Position numbers and translations under genes: made by a program
Notes under the pieces: generated by a model
What the model was told of the DNA's origin: nothing
The model's database searches: none
Seen by the model: the letters and a program-made list of their open reading frames with translations, nothing else
Assembly: GCF_900128505.1 (NCBI RefSeq)
Contig: NZ_LT669940.1
Location: 603,475-643,474 of the forward strand
Direction of reading: 5' to 3'
DNA length: 40,000 nucleotides
From: Parabacteroides timonensis
GTDB lineage: Bacteria; Bacteroidota; Bacteroidia; Bacteroidales; Tannerellaceae
Shown here: one piece after another, positions 1-8,323 of the stretch
Numbering within the stretch: position 1 is the first letter of the stretch
Layout: each line of letters starts with the position of its first letter

Positions 1-2256
1 AATGGAACTGGGGTGATAGGTGTAGAATTTATCGGCAGAATTTTCTCCCCATAGATAAGCTCCCTGCATTAGGGTGGACAGAGTTTGGTAGGGATCAATA
101 GCCGTATTACCAACAGTTCCGTAAGAGAGGCGAGCTTTCAGGTTATTAATCCAGGATATATCCTGCATAAAGTCTTCATCTTTAATACTCCACCCGATTC
201 CTCCGGAAGGGAAGTAGGCCCATTTATTTCCCTTGGCTAACCGGGAAGAACCGTCGGCACGAATAGCCGCATTCAGAAAATATTTGTTTTTATAATTATA
301 ACGGGCACGTATCAGACCGGAAACGAGAGACCATTCTTGATATGTGCTGTTGATTTGAATATTTTCGCTATTAGACGCCAAATTGTGATAGCTGGTATAT
401 TCCACAGGTTGATTCTCTCCGGATAGTTTTGAGCTGTCATATTTGTAACGTTGAATTTCTCCAACCAAGTCAACTGTCAGATGGTGACCTCCGAAATCCT
501 TATCGTATGAAATGATATTATTTAAAGTATATTGGTCATAATTCTGATAAGCTTTGCCGGAAGAGGTTTTTACTCCTTTATTGTTATAAGAATCTTTACC
601 ATAGAAATAACCGTTCTTATAATCATCATAGGTGAATCCGAAATTCGTTTGCATACTTAAATCTTTCGTGAAACTTATATTAGATGTTAGATTCAAGTTC
701 ACCACATTCCTTTGCTTATCGTCGATAAACTGTCCGGGAAGATAATTGGCCAAAGGATTATATCCGGAAGTGTTTATCGGATTCGGATAAAAATTTAACT
801 CTCCATCTTCAGTGTAAGGTTGCGACAAAGGAGTCATATATAAAATATCATTTCCATATATACGGTACCCTGAAAGGTTATTGCGGCGTAAGCGGATTGA
901 AGTTCCTATTTTCCAGAAATCGGCTAACTCGTGATCTGCCGTGAGGGAAATATTTATGTTCTCTACATCATGAGTTTTATAATATCCTTCTTCGTTGTCA
1001 TATTTGAGTGATAAATAAAGTTGAGTTTTTTCACCGCTGTTACTTATACCCAGGTGATAACTTTGTACAAAACCGTTTCTGTAAACCAAATCTTGCCAGT
1101 CTGTATAATTCCCACTTTTGATAACATCAAGTTCAGAAGCAGCAAAAACATCCTCATCAGTAAAGGAATTATCCCAACCGTGAGCAAATCTATAACCATC
1201 ACGACGAAATTGTGTATATTGTTCCCCTGATTGCATATCGATCATGTGAGGAATATTTACACCGAGATAAGCATTGAAATTAATCTCACGCTTAATCTCT
1301 TTTTTCCCTCGTTTAGTAGTAACAAGAATGACCCCGTTGGCTCCTCTTGAACCGTAGATAGCTGAACTGGCTGCATCTTTCAGTACTTCCATGGAGGCGA
1401 TATCGTATGAATTAACATCACTCAGGTTTCCCGGTACCCCGTCAATAATAACAAGTGGACTGTTTCCTGCATTTAGTGATCGGGCACCACGAATTAGGAT
1501 GCTTCTGTCGTCTCCGGGGAATCTGGCTGATTCAATATCTACCCCGGCAACTTTCCCTTGTAGGACATCTTTTACATTGGGGGTGGAAGCATTACTGAAT
1601 TCATCGCCTTTTACATTAGCCATTGCACTTACGATCTCCCTTTTACGTGAAGTCCCGTAGCCGACAACTACGATTTCGTCGATAGCTTGGTTGTCTTCTG
1701 TCAGTGTTATGTTAAATATATCTTTGCCGGCTAGACTTGTTTCATATGTCTTAAATCCTATATAAGAAACGTTTAAAATACCGTTTTCGGGAACATTCAA
1801 TGTGAATTTTCCATCTATATCGGAAACAGATCCATTAGTAGTTCCTTTCACAACTACATTTACTCCTGTAATCGGAACACCGTTATTATCGGTAACAGTC
1901 CCTTTTATTTGTTTTGTCTTTTGTAATGGTTTTACAATCAGTGCAATCTGGTAGTTTGTTATTTCAAATGTGAGATTAGTAGGATTTAGCATAATCTCCA
2001 TCGCCTTATGAATACTCATTTGCTCAGCCTTCAGGCTTACGCGTTGAGTAAGATCGGTTTTATTTGCATCATAAAAGAATTTGTAATTACTTATTCCCTG
2101 AATTTGCTTGATGGCATCAGACAGTTGGATATCAGAAAATGAAATGGTTATTTTTTCAGATGACTTTGTTGCCTGAATATTATTTGTGAAAAAGAATATA
2201 AGGATGAATAGAATAAAATATGCTTTCTTTTTCAGAATTATTCTCTTATTATTCAT
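1..2256 (-). CDS. SusC/RagA-type TonB-dependent outer-membrane transporter with N-terminal STN signalling domain (partial: first 752 codons; C-terminus lies beyond the left edge)
   Basis: Not in the ORF track because no stop lies inside the window. Hand translation of the reverse strand from ATG 2256-2254 gives MNNKRIILKKKAYFILFILIFFFTNNIQATKSSEKITISFSDIQLSDAIKQI (signal peptide plus STN-like segment). It continues with IKGTVTDNNGVPITGVNVVVKGTTNGSVSDIDGKF (carboxypeptidase-regulatory-like), then DEIVVVGYGTSRKREI and KDAASSAIYGSRGANGVILVTTKRGK (plug motifs). I checked the frame open line by line from 2256 to 1141 and again at 60-1. It sits directly downstream of an ECF sigma/FecR pair. Confidence 0.9.
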   Translation of the reverse strand, partial: MNNKRIILKKKAYFILFILIFFFTNNIQATKSSEKITISFSDIQLSDAIKQIQGISNYKFFYDANKTDLTQRVSLKAEQMSIHKAMEIMLNPTNLTFEITNYQIALIVKPLQKTKQIKGTVTDNNGVPITGVNVVVKGTTNGSVSDIDGKFTLNVPENGILNVSYIGFKTYETSLAGKDIFNITLTEDNQAIDEIVVVGYGTSRKREIVSAMANVKGDEFSNASTPNVKDVLQGKVAGVDIESARFPGDDRSILIRGARSLNAGNSPLVIIDGVPGNLSDVNSYDIASMEVLKDAASSAIYGSRGANGVILVTTKRGKKEIKREINFNAYLGVNIPHMIDMQSGEQYTQFRRDGYRFAHGWDNSFTDEDVFAASELDVIKSGNYTDWQDLVYRNGFVQSYHLGISNSGEKTQLYLSLKYDNEEGYYKTHDVENINISLTADHELADFWKIGTSIRLRRNNLSGYRIYGNDILYMTPLSQPYTEDGELNFYPNPINTSGYNPLANYLPGQFIDDKQRNVVNLNLTSNISFTKDLSMQTNFGFTYDDYKNGYFYGKDSYNNKGVKTSSGKAYQNYDQYTLNNIISYDKDFGGHHLTVDLVGEIQRYKYDSSKLSGENQPVEYTSYHNLASNSENIQINSTYQEWSLVSGLIRARYNYKNKYFLNAAIRADGSSRLAKGNKWAYFPSGGIGWSIKDEDFMQDISWINNLKARLSYGTVGNTAIDPYQTLSTLMQGAYLWGENSADKFYTYHPSSI

Positions 2257-2354
2257 ATATTTGTAATATTAGAAGTTAACATTTTGAACGTATGTCAAAC
2301 CGTCAAATTTGGATTAACGTTCGGAGTGTTCTCTGGACGGATTATTTCCGTTGT

Positions 2355-2380
2355 AAGGCACAAGTTCCAGCTTGTGCCTT
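2355..2380 (-). other. 10-bp perfect hairpin (AAGGCACAAG-N6-CTTGTGCCTT) between the fecR-like stop and the susC-like start
   Basis: Arms at 2355-2364 and 2371-2380 are exact reverse complements. No U-tract follows on the coding (minus) strand, so it may be an attenuator or processing structure rather than a full terminator. Confidence 0.35.
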
Positions 2381-2413
2381 TGTTTTCATCTTACTGCATA
2401 GGCATTTTGTTTT

Positions 2414-3406
2414 TTAGGGTTCGACATGTTTGATTATTACTTTATTTTTTTCTTCGAAAGAGTATTTGATAGGGGTTACTCTTGACATGATTTGCAGGAT
2501 TGTTTCCAATGGCTCGTCTGTTATTGTAAATGTATATACATTATCAGCTATCGACGGATCCAATGATATGTCTATATTATACCATCGTTCTAAATACTTG
2601 CATATGTATTTGAGATTTTGGGCTGTAAAAGTATAGCTGGAGTCGGCCCAAAAAGATTCGAAGACGACATCATCTTTGTTGATGCTAAGCTCTTTATTTT
2701 CTTTATTAAATGAAGCAATTTCGCCGGGGGACATTTCTTTCTCCTGATTGCCGGCCATAACGCTCACTTTTCCTTCTAAAAGAGCAATTTTCATTTGTGG
2801 TTCTTTTTCATAAGCTTGTATGTTAAAGCTGGTTCCTGTTACTTTCACACGGATGTCGTCGACATTTACCGTAAATGGATATTTATTATTTTTTGTGACT
2901 TTAAAAAGAGCTTCACCTGTTAATCGGACATTACGGTTATTCAGAAAGGAAGTCTCGTAAGTTAAAGTTGATCCCTTATTAATCCAAACAAGACTTCCAT
3001 CGGGTAACACTATTTGTGATTTTCCGTTCAATGCTGTATATGTCTGTGCGCTGACGGGTGGTTGAGCATGTTTTGTCCCGATAAAAAATGAGGTTGATAC
3101 TGAAATAATCAACAAAACAGAAGCTGCAGCCACTGTTATTTTATATTTGTATAGCGAAATAAATGACTGTTCTTTTTTCTCTTTCGTTCGACCTATTTTT
3201 GTTTCCAGTTGCTTCCAATAATATTGTGTGTCCGGCTGGTATGAACCGGACTCACTTTGAACTTCTTCCCATAAAGACAAGAATTCAGTATACAGGGAAT
3301 GATTGTTGTCTTTTTTAAGCCAACTGTTCAATTCTGCTTCTTCCTGTTGATTTGTCTCATTTTTGAAATGAGCAATAATTAGTTCCCAAGGTATAGTCTT
3401 GTCCAT
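2414..3406 (-). CDS. FecR-family anti-sigma factor (transmembrane sensor)
   Basis: ORF 2414-3445. The track start at 3445 is a TTG; the first ATG (3406) gives MDKTIPWELIIAHFKNE..., a typical FecR N-terminus. It has one central TM segment (ITVAAASVLLIISVSTSFFI) and a C-terminal FecR-like periplasmic domain. It lies between an ECF sigma and an STN-SusC. Confidence 0.85.
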   Translation of the reverse strand: MDKTIPWELIIAHFKNETNQQEEAELNSWLKKDNNHSLYTEFLSLWEEVQSESGSYQPDTQYYWKQLETKIGRTKEKKEQSFISLYKYKITVAAASVLLIISVSTSFFIGTKHAQPPVSAQTYTALNGKSQIVLPDGSLVWINKGSTLTYETSFLNNRNVRLTGEALFKVTKNNKYPFTVNVDDIRVKVTGTSFNIQAYEKEPQMKIALLEGKVSVMAGNQEKEMSPGEIASFNKENKELSINKDDVVFESFWADSSYTFTAQNLKYICKYLERWYNIDISLDPSIADNVYTFTITDEPLETILQIMSRVTPIKYSFEEKNKVIIKHVEP

Positions 3407-3469
3407 AAATGTCTGTCTTTTTAAGTATGACACATGATAGGACAAGAACCCTAATAAATCCTGAAAAAA

Positions 3470-4033
3470 TTACCAAAGATATGTATACGTATCTCCCAGA
3501 TATTCTTTAATTAGTTTTAAAGCTTTGGTTATGTGGGCTTCGACATTCTTGACGGAGGTATTTAACTCTTTGGATATTTCTTTGTTAGTAAGATGCTCTA
3601 TTCTGCTCTTTTTGAATATTTCCTGTACTCTGTCCGGTAAAGAACAAATGGCTTCCTGGATAAGAAATTCTAATTCTCTTAACTCTACCGTGTGATCGTT
3701 GACTGCTTTATCATGAAAAGACCAATCCGCAACATTTATAAAACGTTCATTATCCCTTATATAATTGAGCGATCGGTTTTTTGCAGACTGAAACAAATAA
3801 GATTTCCATGATAACTTTATCTCTAATGTTTCCCTTTTTTCCCACACATTGACAAAAATATCAAGTGCTATCTCTTCTGCAATCTGCCTTTCTCCTACAT
3901 AAATCCTAATAAAACGACAGAGAGGAACAAAGAACAAATCAAATAAATATTTAAAGGCCTGTGTATTTCCGGCTCTTATTAATTTGATAAGAACAATATC
4001 ATCTTTTGTATCTGTGTGAGACAGCCCGTCCAT
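3470..4033 (-). CDS. ECF-type RNA polymerase sigma-70 factor
   Basis: 187 aa. Has a region-2-like segment (FKYLFDLFFVPLCRFIRIYVG...AEEIALDIFVNVWEKR) and a region-4 HTH (IEHLTNKEISKELNTSVKNVEAHITKALKLIK). It lies immediately upstream of the FecR gene. Confidence 0.9.
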   Translation of the reverse strand: MDGLSHTDTKDDIVLIKLIRAGNTQAFKYLFDLFFVPLCRFIRIYVGERQIAEEIALDIFVNVWEKRETLEIKLSWKSYLFQSAKNRSLNYIRDNERFINVADWSFHDKAVNDHTVELRELEFLIQEAICSLPDRVQEIFKKSRIEHLTNKEISKELNTSVKNVEAHITKALKLIKEYLGDTYTYLW

Positions 4034-4039
4034 ACTATT

Positions 4040-5386
4040 CTACATGTGAAAAATATTCTTTCCGGCTAAAACTTCCTGGCGATCGGCATCAAAAGTCACT
4101 TTTTCTCCTGTGCGAAGAGCTGCTGTACACATGATATTAGCGATAGAATGGTTATAGCCTGCTTCTAGGGGAGCATTCGGTTGTTTACGGTTTTTGACGC
4201 ATTCCATCCAATTTCGCATATGCAGATTGGTCATAGGATCCGATCCGGTATTGGAACCAGTTGCAATTTGTACAGATGGTAAATCATAGCCTTCAATCAA
4301 GTTCGCATTCATATTCATTTCTGCTGCCGAACGTTGAGTTAAACCTCCTTCGGAGGTCACTTTGTTCGTTTCTAAGTTTAATGTTCCACCGTTTGAAAAA
4401 TAAAGTTCTTTAATTCCTCCGGCACTATTATGCATCCGGGAAGAATAAAGCACCTGGAAAGCATTTGAGCCGTCTTCATTCCCATAATCAAATACAGCTG
4501 TCATCGTGTCATAATTACTGCGTCCGTCTTTCCATTGGTAAATACCTCCGTTAGCGGTCACACTCCGTGGATGATCGTGCCCTGAAAACCAATGTACTGT
4601 ATCGATCTGATGCGCCATCCATTGTCCGGGAATTCCAGACGAGTAAGGCCAGAACAAACGGTATTCCAGATATTTACGGGGATCCCAACTTTCATAGGGG
4701 CGATTCATCAGATATCGTTTCCAATCTGTGTCTTTTTCCATACATCGTGCTACCAACGCCGGGCGTCGCCAACGTCCCGGTTGGTTCACATTCCATGTCA
4801 TTTCAACCATTGTTATCTGTCCGAATTGGCCGGAACGTATAAAAGTATTAGCAGCATGATAATTGGGGGCGGAACGACGTTGTGAACCGATCTGTACAAT
4901 TCGTCCGGAACCTTTGAGTGCATTACGGGCTTCACGGGCATCAGCCATTGTTTCGGCAAAAGGCTTTTCTACATAAACATCACATCCGGCTTTTATTGCT
5001 TCAGTGCAATGGAGAGCATGCTGGAAATCAGCTGTGGCTATAATTACTGCATCACAGATATGTGCGTCATACAACTCTTCATTATTTCTGAATGTCTTTA
5101 CTTTTAGACCGTATTTTTCGTAAAAAAACTTCTCGGCCTCAGCTCTGCGTAAACTCCATAAATCGGAAACAGCTACAATCTCAAAACCTAATTCTTCGGC
5201 ACAGGCCTGGAAAGATGGGATCAGGGAATAACGTGAACGATCGGAAAAGCCAATAATGCCTACCCGTATCTTATCATTGGCACCAACTACACGTCCATAG
5301 CTATTTTTACTTAAAGTCAGACCACCCAAAGTAATGGCTGCTGTGCTTATCATACTTTTTTTGATAAAGGTTCTACGTGTTATCAT
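4040..5386 (-). CDS. Gfo/Idh/MocA-family NAD(P)-dependent oxidoreductase with twin-arginine (Tat) signal
   Basis: The track start at 5407 is TTG; the ATG at 5386 gives MITRRTFIKKSMISTAAITLGG, a Tat motif (RRxFIK). Rossmann start IRVGIIGFSDRS, and EKP motif in DVYVEKPFAE. The stop lies only 6 nt upstream of the ECF sigma start. Confidence 0.85.
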   Translation of the reverse strand: MITRRTFIKKSMISTAAITLGGLTLSKNSYGRVVGANDKIRVGIIGFSDRSRYSLIPSFQACAEELGFEIVAVSDLWSLRRAEAEKFFYEKYGLKVKTFRNNEELYDAHICDAVIIATADFQHALHCTEAIKAGCDVYVEKPFAETMADAREARNALKGSGRIVQIGSQRRSAPNYHAANTFIRSGQFGQITMVEMTWNVNQPGRWRRPALVARCMEKDTDWKRYLMNRPYESWDPRKYLEYRLFWPYSSGIPGQWMAHQIDTVHWFSGHDHPRSVTANGGIYQWKDGRSNYDTMTAVFDYGNEDGSNAFQVLYSSRMHNSAGGIKELYFSNGGTLNLETNKVTSEGGLTQRSAAEMNMNANLIEGYDLPSVQIATGSNTGSDPMTNLHMRNWMECVKNRKQPNAPLEAGYNHSIANIMCTAALRTGEKVTFDADRQEVLAGKNIFHM

Positions 5387-5516
5387 GAATTTCGAATATT
5401 TACACAAATGCGATAAAAGTATTAAAAGAAACGAGAAGAGTGGAATGTTTTACATTTTTTATCAATTGCAGATTGAGGATGGCTTTATCAATATTTTAAG
5501 AAAAGAGTAAAAAAGA

Positions 5517-5548
5517 AAAGGTAAGGATGAATTGTCACCGTTACCTTT
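5517..5548 (-). terminator. Hairpin terminator downstream of apbC
   Basis: AAAGGTAA (5517-5524) pairs with TTACCTTT (5541-5548). It is flanked by an A-run on one side and TTCTCT on the other, 10 nt past the apbC stop. Confidence 0.5.
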
Positions 5549-5557
5549 TCTCTATGT

Positions 5558-6667
5558 TTAATGTTTGGATACTTGCACTCGTTGTGTCGGGGCTTGCTGT
5601 TCGTTGCGGATATGAACTTGTTCGACTACGTTCTCTGCCAGGTCGCGGAAAGCGGCTCCGGTGATCGTATCGGGGTTCAAGGCAACAGGTGTACCGTTGT
5701 CGCCTCCCTCACAGATACTTTGTACAATAGGTATTTGTCCTAACAGGGGAACATTCAGTTCTTCTGCCAGACGTTTGGCTCCTTCTTTACCGAACAGGTA
5801 ATATTTGTTTTCCGGGAGTTCGGCTGGAGTGAACCAGGCCATATTTTCGACCAGTCCCAGTACCGGGACATTGATTTTTTCGCCGGTAAACATGCTGATA
5901 CCTTTGCGGGCATCGGCCAGGGCAACTTCCTGCGGTGTGCTGACAACGATAGCACCGGTGATAGCCAGTGTCTGTACCATTGTCAGGTGAATATCACTTG
6001 TTCCCGGTGGCAGGTCGATCAGGAAATAATCGAGGTCGCCCCAGTTGGCATCGCCGATCAACTGCTTCAAGGCATTGCTTGCCATAGCACCGCGCCATAG
6101 AACGGCGTCTTCTTTATTCACGAAGAAACCGATCGACAGCAGCTTGACTCCGTAGTTTTCTGCCGGCTGGATCAAATCGCGTCCGTCAACCTCTTCCATA
6201 TAAGGACGGGCGTCCTCTACATTGAACATTTTGGGTTGCGAAGGACCGAAAATATCGGCATCCAGCAAACCTACTTTATAACCGAGACCGGCGAGCGCAA
6301 CAGCCAGGTTGGCGGCAACCGTACTTTTACCCACACCTCCCTTTCCGGAAGATACGGCAATGATATTTTTTACCTGCGGAAGCAGTTTGTCCGGTTCGGG
6401 ACGTGCTGCCTGACGTGCCAGCACTTCGATGTTTCCTTTGATGTCGACCTCTTCACCTACATAGGTAAGGATAGCTGTTTCGGCAGCCTTTACGACTGAT
6501 TTGATAAACGGATCGTTAGGTTTCTCGAAAAGGAGTGAGAAACTAACCTTATTGCCGTCGATCCGTATGTTGTCTTCTACCATGCCCATTTCGACAAGGT
6601 CTTTCCCTGTCCCCGGGTAACGCACTTTGGCTAGTGCGTCCATGATTAGTTTAGGATATATAGCCAT
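5558..6667 (-). CDS. apbC: Mrp/NBP35 (ApbC) family iron-sulfur cluster carrier ATPase
   Basis: N-terminal DUF59-like domain (VRYPGTGKDLVEMGMVEDNIRIDGNKVSF). Deviant Walker A SGKGGVGKST. CxxC-less Mrp body (LGLVENMAWF). The track start at 6715 is GTG and would overlap trmB; the ATG at 6667 (MAIYPKLIMDAL) is preferred. Confidence 0.9.
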   Translation of the reverse strand: MAIYPKLIMDALAKVRYPGTGKDLVEMGMVEDNIRIDGNKVSFSLLFEKPNDPFIKSVVKAAETAILTYVGEEVDIKGNIEVLARQAARPEPDKLLPQVKNIIAVSSGKGGVGKSTVAANLAVALAGLGYKVGLLDADIFGPSQPKMFNVEDARPYMEEVDGRDLIQPAENYGVKLLSIGFFVNKEDAVLWRGAMASNALKQLIGDANWGDLDYFLIDLPPGTSDIHLTMVQTLAITGAIVVSTPQEVALADARKGISMFTGEKINVPVLGLVENMAWFTPAELPENKYYLFGKEGAKRLAEELNVPLLGQIPIVQSICEGGDNGTPVALNPDTITGAAFRDLAENVVEQVHIRNEQQAPTQRVQVSKH

Positions 6668-6692
6668 AATATATATTGTATAATTGGTTGTC

Positions 6693-7451
6693 TTATTTGC
6701 CGGAAGCCAGTGCACTGCGCTTGCTCCGGTTGAAACTGCGGTAAGGATCGAGTTCGATCTCTACATCCGGTTCGATCAGTTCATCTCTTTCCTCACAAAC
6801 AAACTTGATGTATTTGATGTTCAGTCCGCGGTCGAGCCATTGCTGTTCGTAATAGGTTTTGATAGACAGGATATCGTCTACCAGGTCCGAATGATACAGG
6901 TCGTTGTGACTGAACAATACGGGATATTTGTTGGCTTTCACCATTTCGCAGGTGTACGTGTACATGAAATTGCTGTCGGTCTTGAGGTGGATAATGCCGT
7001 CGCCGGACAGTATTTCGCGGTACATCTTCATGAAGCGAGTGGATGTCAGGCGCTTGTTGACCTTTTTCATCTGTGGGTCGGGGAAGGTTAGCCATATTTC
7101 GGCAACCTCACCGGCTGCAAAAAAATGAGAGATCAGTTCAATGCTGGTCCGGAGGAAAGCAACGTTGGTCATTCCCGATTCATAAGAGTCTTTGGCTCCG
7201 GTCCACATGCGTGCACCTTTGATGTCTACGCCGATAAAGTTCTTATCGGGAAACAACCGTGCCAGTCCCACTGTATATTCACCTTTACCGCAACCCAATT
7301 CAAGTACGATCGGATTGTCATTCTTGAAAAACTCCTTGTGCCAGTGTCCTTTCAACTCAAATCCTTTCTCTTGCAGAACGGCAAACGGATACTGGAAAAC
7401 ATGCGGATATTCCGCCATATCGTCAAACTTTGCTAACTTATTTTTTCCCAT
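6693..7451 (-). CDS. trmB: tRNA (guanine-N7)-methyltransferase
   Basis: [23 protein letters not shown]..., SAM-binding [15 protein letters not shown], and FPDPQMKK motifs typical of Bacteroidales TrmB. Confidence 0.9.
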   Translation of the reverse strand: MGKNKLAKFDDMAEYPHVFQYPFAVLQEKGFELKGHWHKEFFKNDNPIVLELGCGKGEYTVGLARLFPDKNFIGVDIKGARMWTGAKDSYESGMTNVAFLRTSIELISHFFAAGEVAEIWLTFPDPQMKKVNKRLTSTRFMKMYREILSGDGIIHLKTDSNFMYTYTCEMVKANKYPVLFSHNDLYHSDLVDDILSIKTYYEQQWLDRGLNIKYIKFVCEERDELIEPDVEIELDPYRSFNRSKRSALASGK

Positions 7452-7455
7452 GGTG

Positions 7456-7463
7456 CAAAGATA
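7456..7463 (-). promoter_or_regulatory. Bacteroides-type -7 box TATCTTTG for trmB
   Basis: The reverse strand reads TATCTTTG-CACC-ATG, so only 4 nt separate the box from the start codon. Confidence 0.45.
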
Positions 7464-7487
7464 ATACTTTATTTTTCTTTTAGAGAG

Positions 7488-7508
7488 GGTATCACAATTT
7501 GTGATACC
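7488..7508. repeat. 21-bp palindrome GGTATCACA-ATT-TGTGATACC (core TCACAATTTGTGA, 7492-7504)
   Basis: 9-bp arms with a 3-nt centre. The same 13-bp core recurs in the same orientation at 8328-8340. Confidence 0.9.
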
Positions 7509-7568
7509 CCAGTGGAAGACTGGTTCTTATATGTTCTGTTACATGTTTGTCTTGAAAAGAAGTATGGC

Positions 7569-7619
7569 GATAACAAAAATATTATCAAGAAGAACCCTCG
7601 TGATAATATTTTTGTTATC
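7569..7619. repeat. Perfect 19-bp inverted repeat GATAACAAAAATATTATCA-N13-TGATAATATTTTTGTTATC
   Basis: Arms at 7569-7587 and 7601-7619 are exact reverse complements. The right arm overlaps the TATCTTTG box at 7616-7623. Confidence 0.9.
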
Positions 7620-7623
7620 TTTG
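7616..7623 (+). promoter_or_regulatory. -7 box TATCTTTG upstream of the 57-aa ORF
   Basis: Exact TAnnTTTG match, 24 nt upstream of ATG 7648. Confidence 0.45.
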
Positions 7624-7647
7624 TGTTGTCGTTAAGACACACGTTCT

Positions 7648-7821
7648 ATGCATAGTGACGATGGGCTAAAAGCCCGGGTAGAAGAGGTGGAAAAAGACCT
7701 CCTTTTTTATCTTCGCAAGTATCATGAACTTACTTCGAGAAGTAAAAACATGAAAGCGGTGGTTGACAGAGAAATCAGGCGACTGGAGCGAGAGTTAAAA
7801 GAACTTGGAAAGTATCTTTAA
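7648..7821 (+). CDS. Hypothetical 57-aa coiled-coil protein (below the ORF-track size cut-off)
   Basis: Hand translation: MHSDDGLKARVEEVEKDLLFYLRKYHELTSRSKNMKAVVDREIRRLERELKELGKYL. ATG start, a promoter box upstream, and a strong terminator directly downstream. Confidence 0.5.
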   Translation: MHSDDGLKARVEEVEKDLLFYLRKYHELTSRSKNMKAVVDREIRRLERELKELGKYL

Positions 7822-7832
7822 CCAGAAAGGTA

Positions 7833-7870
7833 CTCCTCCTCATGGCCAGAGGAGGGGTTTCCTTTCTTTT
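7833..7870 (+). terminator. Rho-independent terminator
   Basis: CTCCTCCTC (7833-7841) pairs with GAGGAGGGG (7849-7857; 8 Watson-Crick pairs plus 1 G-U), loop ATGGCCA, followed by TTTCCTTTCTTTT. Confidence 0.7.
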
Positions 7871-7893
7871 GTATAATTTGTAAAAATGAAAAG

Positions 7894-8307
7894 ATGGACA
7901 AAGAAACTCGTTTTTTTGAATTAAAAGAGCTTTGGAAACAGAGTTCCGAAGCCCATCGTACCGTTATCGATAAGCAGATATCGGAATTGCTGGATGGTAT
8001 GACTGAGGAAGAACTCGAACAGTTGACAACTGGTGTACAAAAAGATTTTGATAATATTCATAGAGAGGCTGTCGACATAAAGGAGCAACTGGCAATACGT
8101 GAAAAGCTAGAGCCTGTATTGCCTTACTTGTCGATTTCCAAACTCTCAAAAGATTATTTCGGGAAATCTTCTTCCTGGTTTTATCAACGTTTGAACGGAA
8201 ATAAGATACATGGTAGGATATGCCGTTTTACTGATGATGAATTATCCACTTTGGATATGGCGCTAAGGGATATCAGTAAGCGGATTTCTTCCTTGCAGCT
8301 TATTTAA
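7894..8307 (+). CDS. DUF5053-like small protein (acidic helical N-terminus, putative HTH C-terminus)
   Basis: 137 aa. The C-terminal segment ISKLSKDYFGKSSSWFYQRLNGNKIHGRICRFTDDELSTLDMALRDISKRI matches what I recall of the Bacteroides DUF5053 pattern (YFGKS..W..QRLNG....G....FT.EE...L..AL.DI). Assigned from memory, not from an HMM. Confidence 0.6.
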   Translation: MDKETRFFELKELWKQSSEAHRTVIDKQISELLDGMTEEELEQLTTGVQKDFDNIHREAVDIKEQLAIREKLEPVLPYLSISKLSKDYFGKSSSWFYQRLNGNKIHGRICRFTDDELSTLDMALRDISKRISSLQLI

Positions 8308-8323
8308 ATGTTTTCATATTTTT

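Noticed and set aside
2257-2413. Shared short words (CCTATGC / CTATGCCCT) downstream of both fecR-like genes and after the GH2 gene (near 2399, 26693, 36636), considered as a possible ECF-dependent promoter element
   Set aside because: The matches are only 7-9 nt, their spacing to the downstream genes is inconsistent, and one copy is not upstream of any gene. That is too weak to call without a genome-wide motif analysis.
4567-4885. Two plus-strand ORFs (91 and 97 aa)
   Set aside because: They are antisense to the Gfo/Idh/MocA oxidoreductase gene and show no independent coding signal.
5387-5407. Longer N-terminal extensions offered by the ORF track (also 3407-3445, 6668-6715, 15722-15745, 17779-17787, 22049-22087, 39241-39270)
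   Set aside because: Five of the extended starts are non-ATG: TTG at 5407, 3445 and 17779, and GTG at 6715 and 15722. Four of the extensions (15722, 17779, 22049 and 39270) contain or overlap an exact TAnnTTTG promoter box. The 6715 start would also overlap the upstream gene. The first in-frame ATG gives a canonical family N-terminus in each case.
6684-7464. Several 66-135-aa ORFs on both strands overlapping trmB (6684-7091, 6793-7095, 6928-7128, 7125-7436, 7192-7464)
   Set aside because: All overlap the conserved trmB reading frame. Their translations are compositionally odd (Arg/Pro/His-rich or Cys-rich), as expected for off-frame readings of a GC-richer gene.
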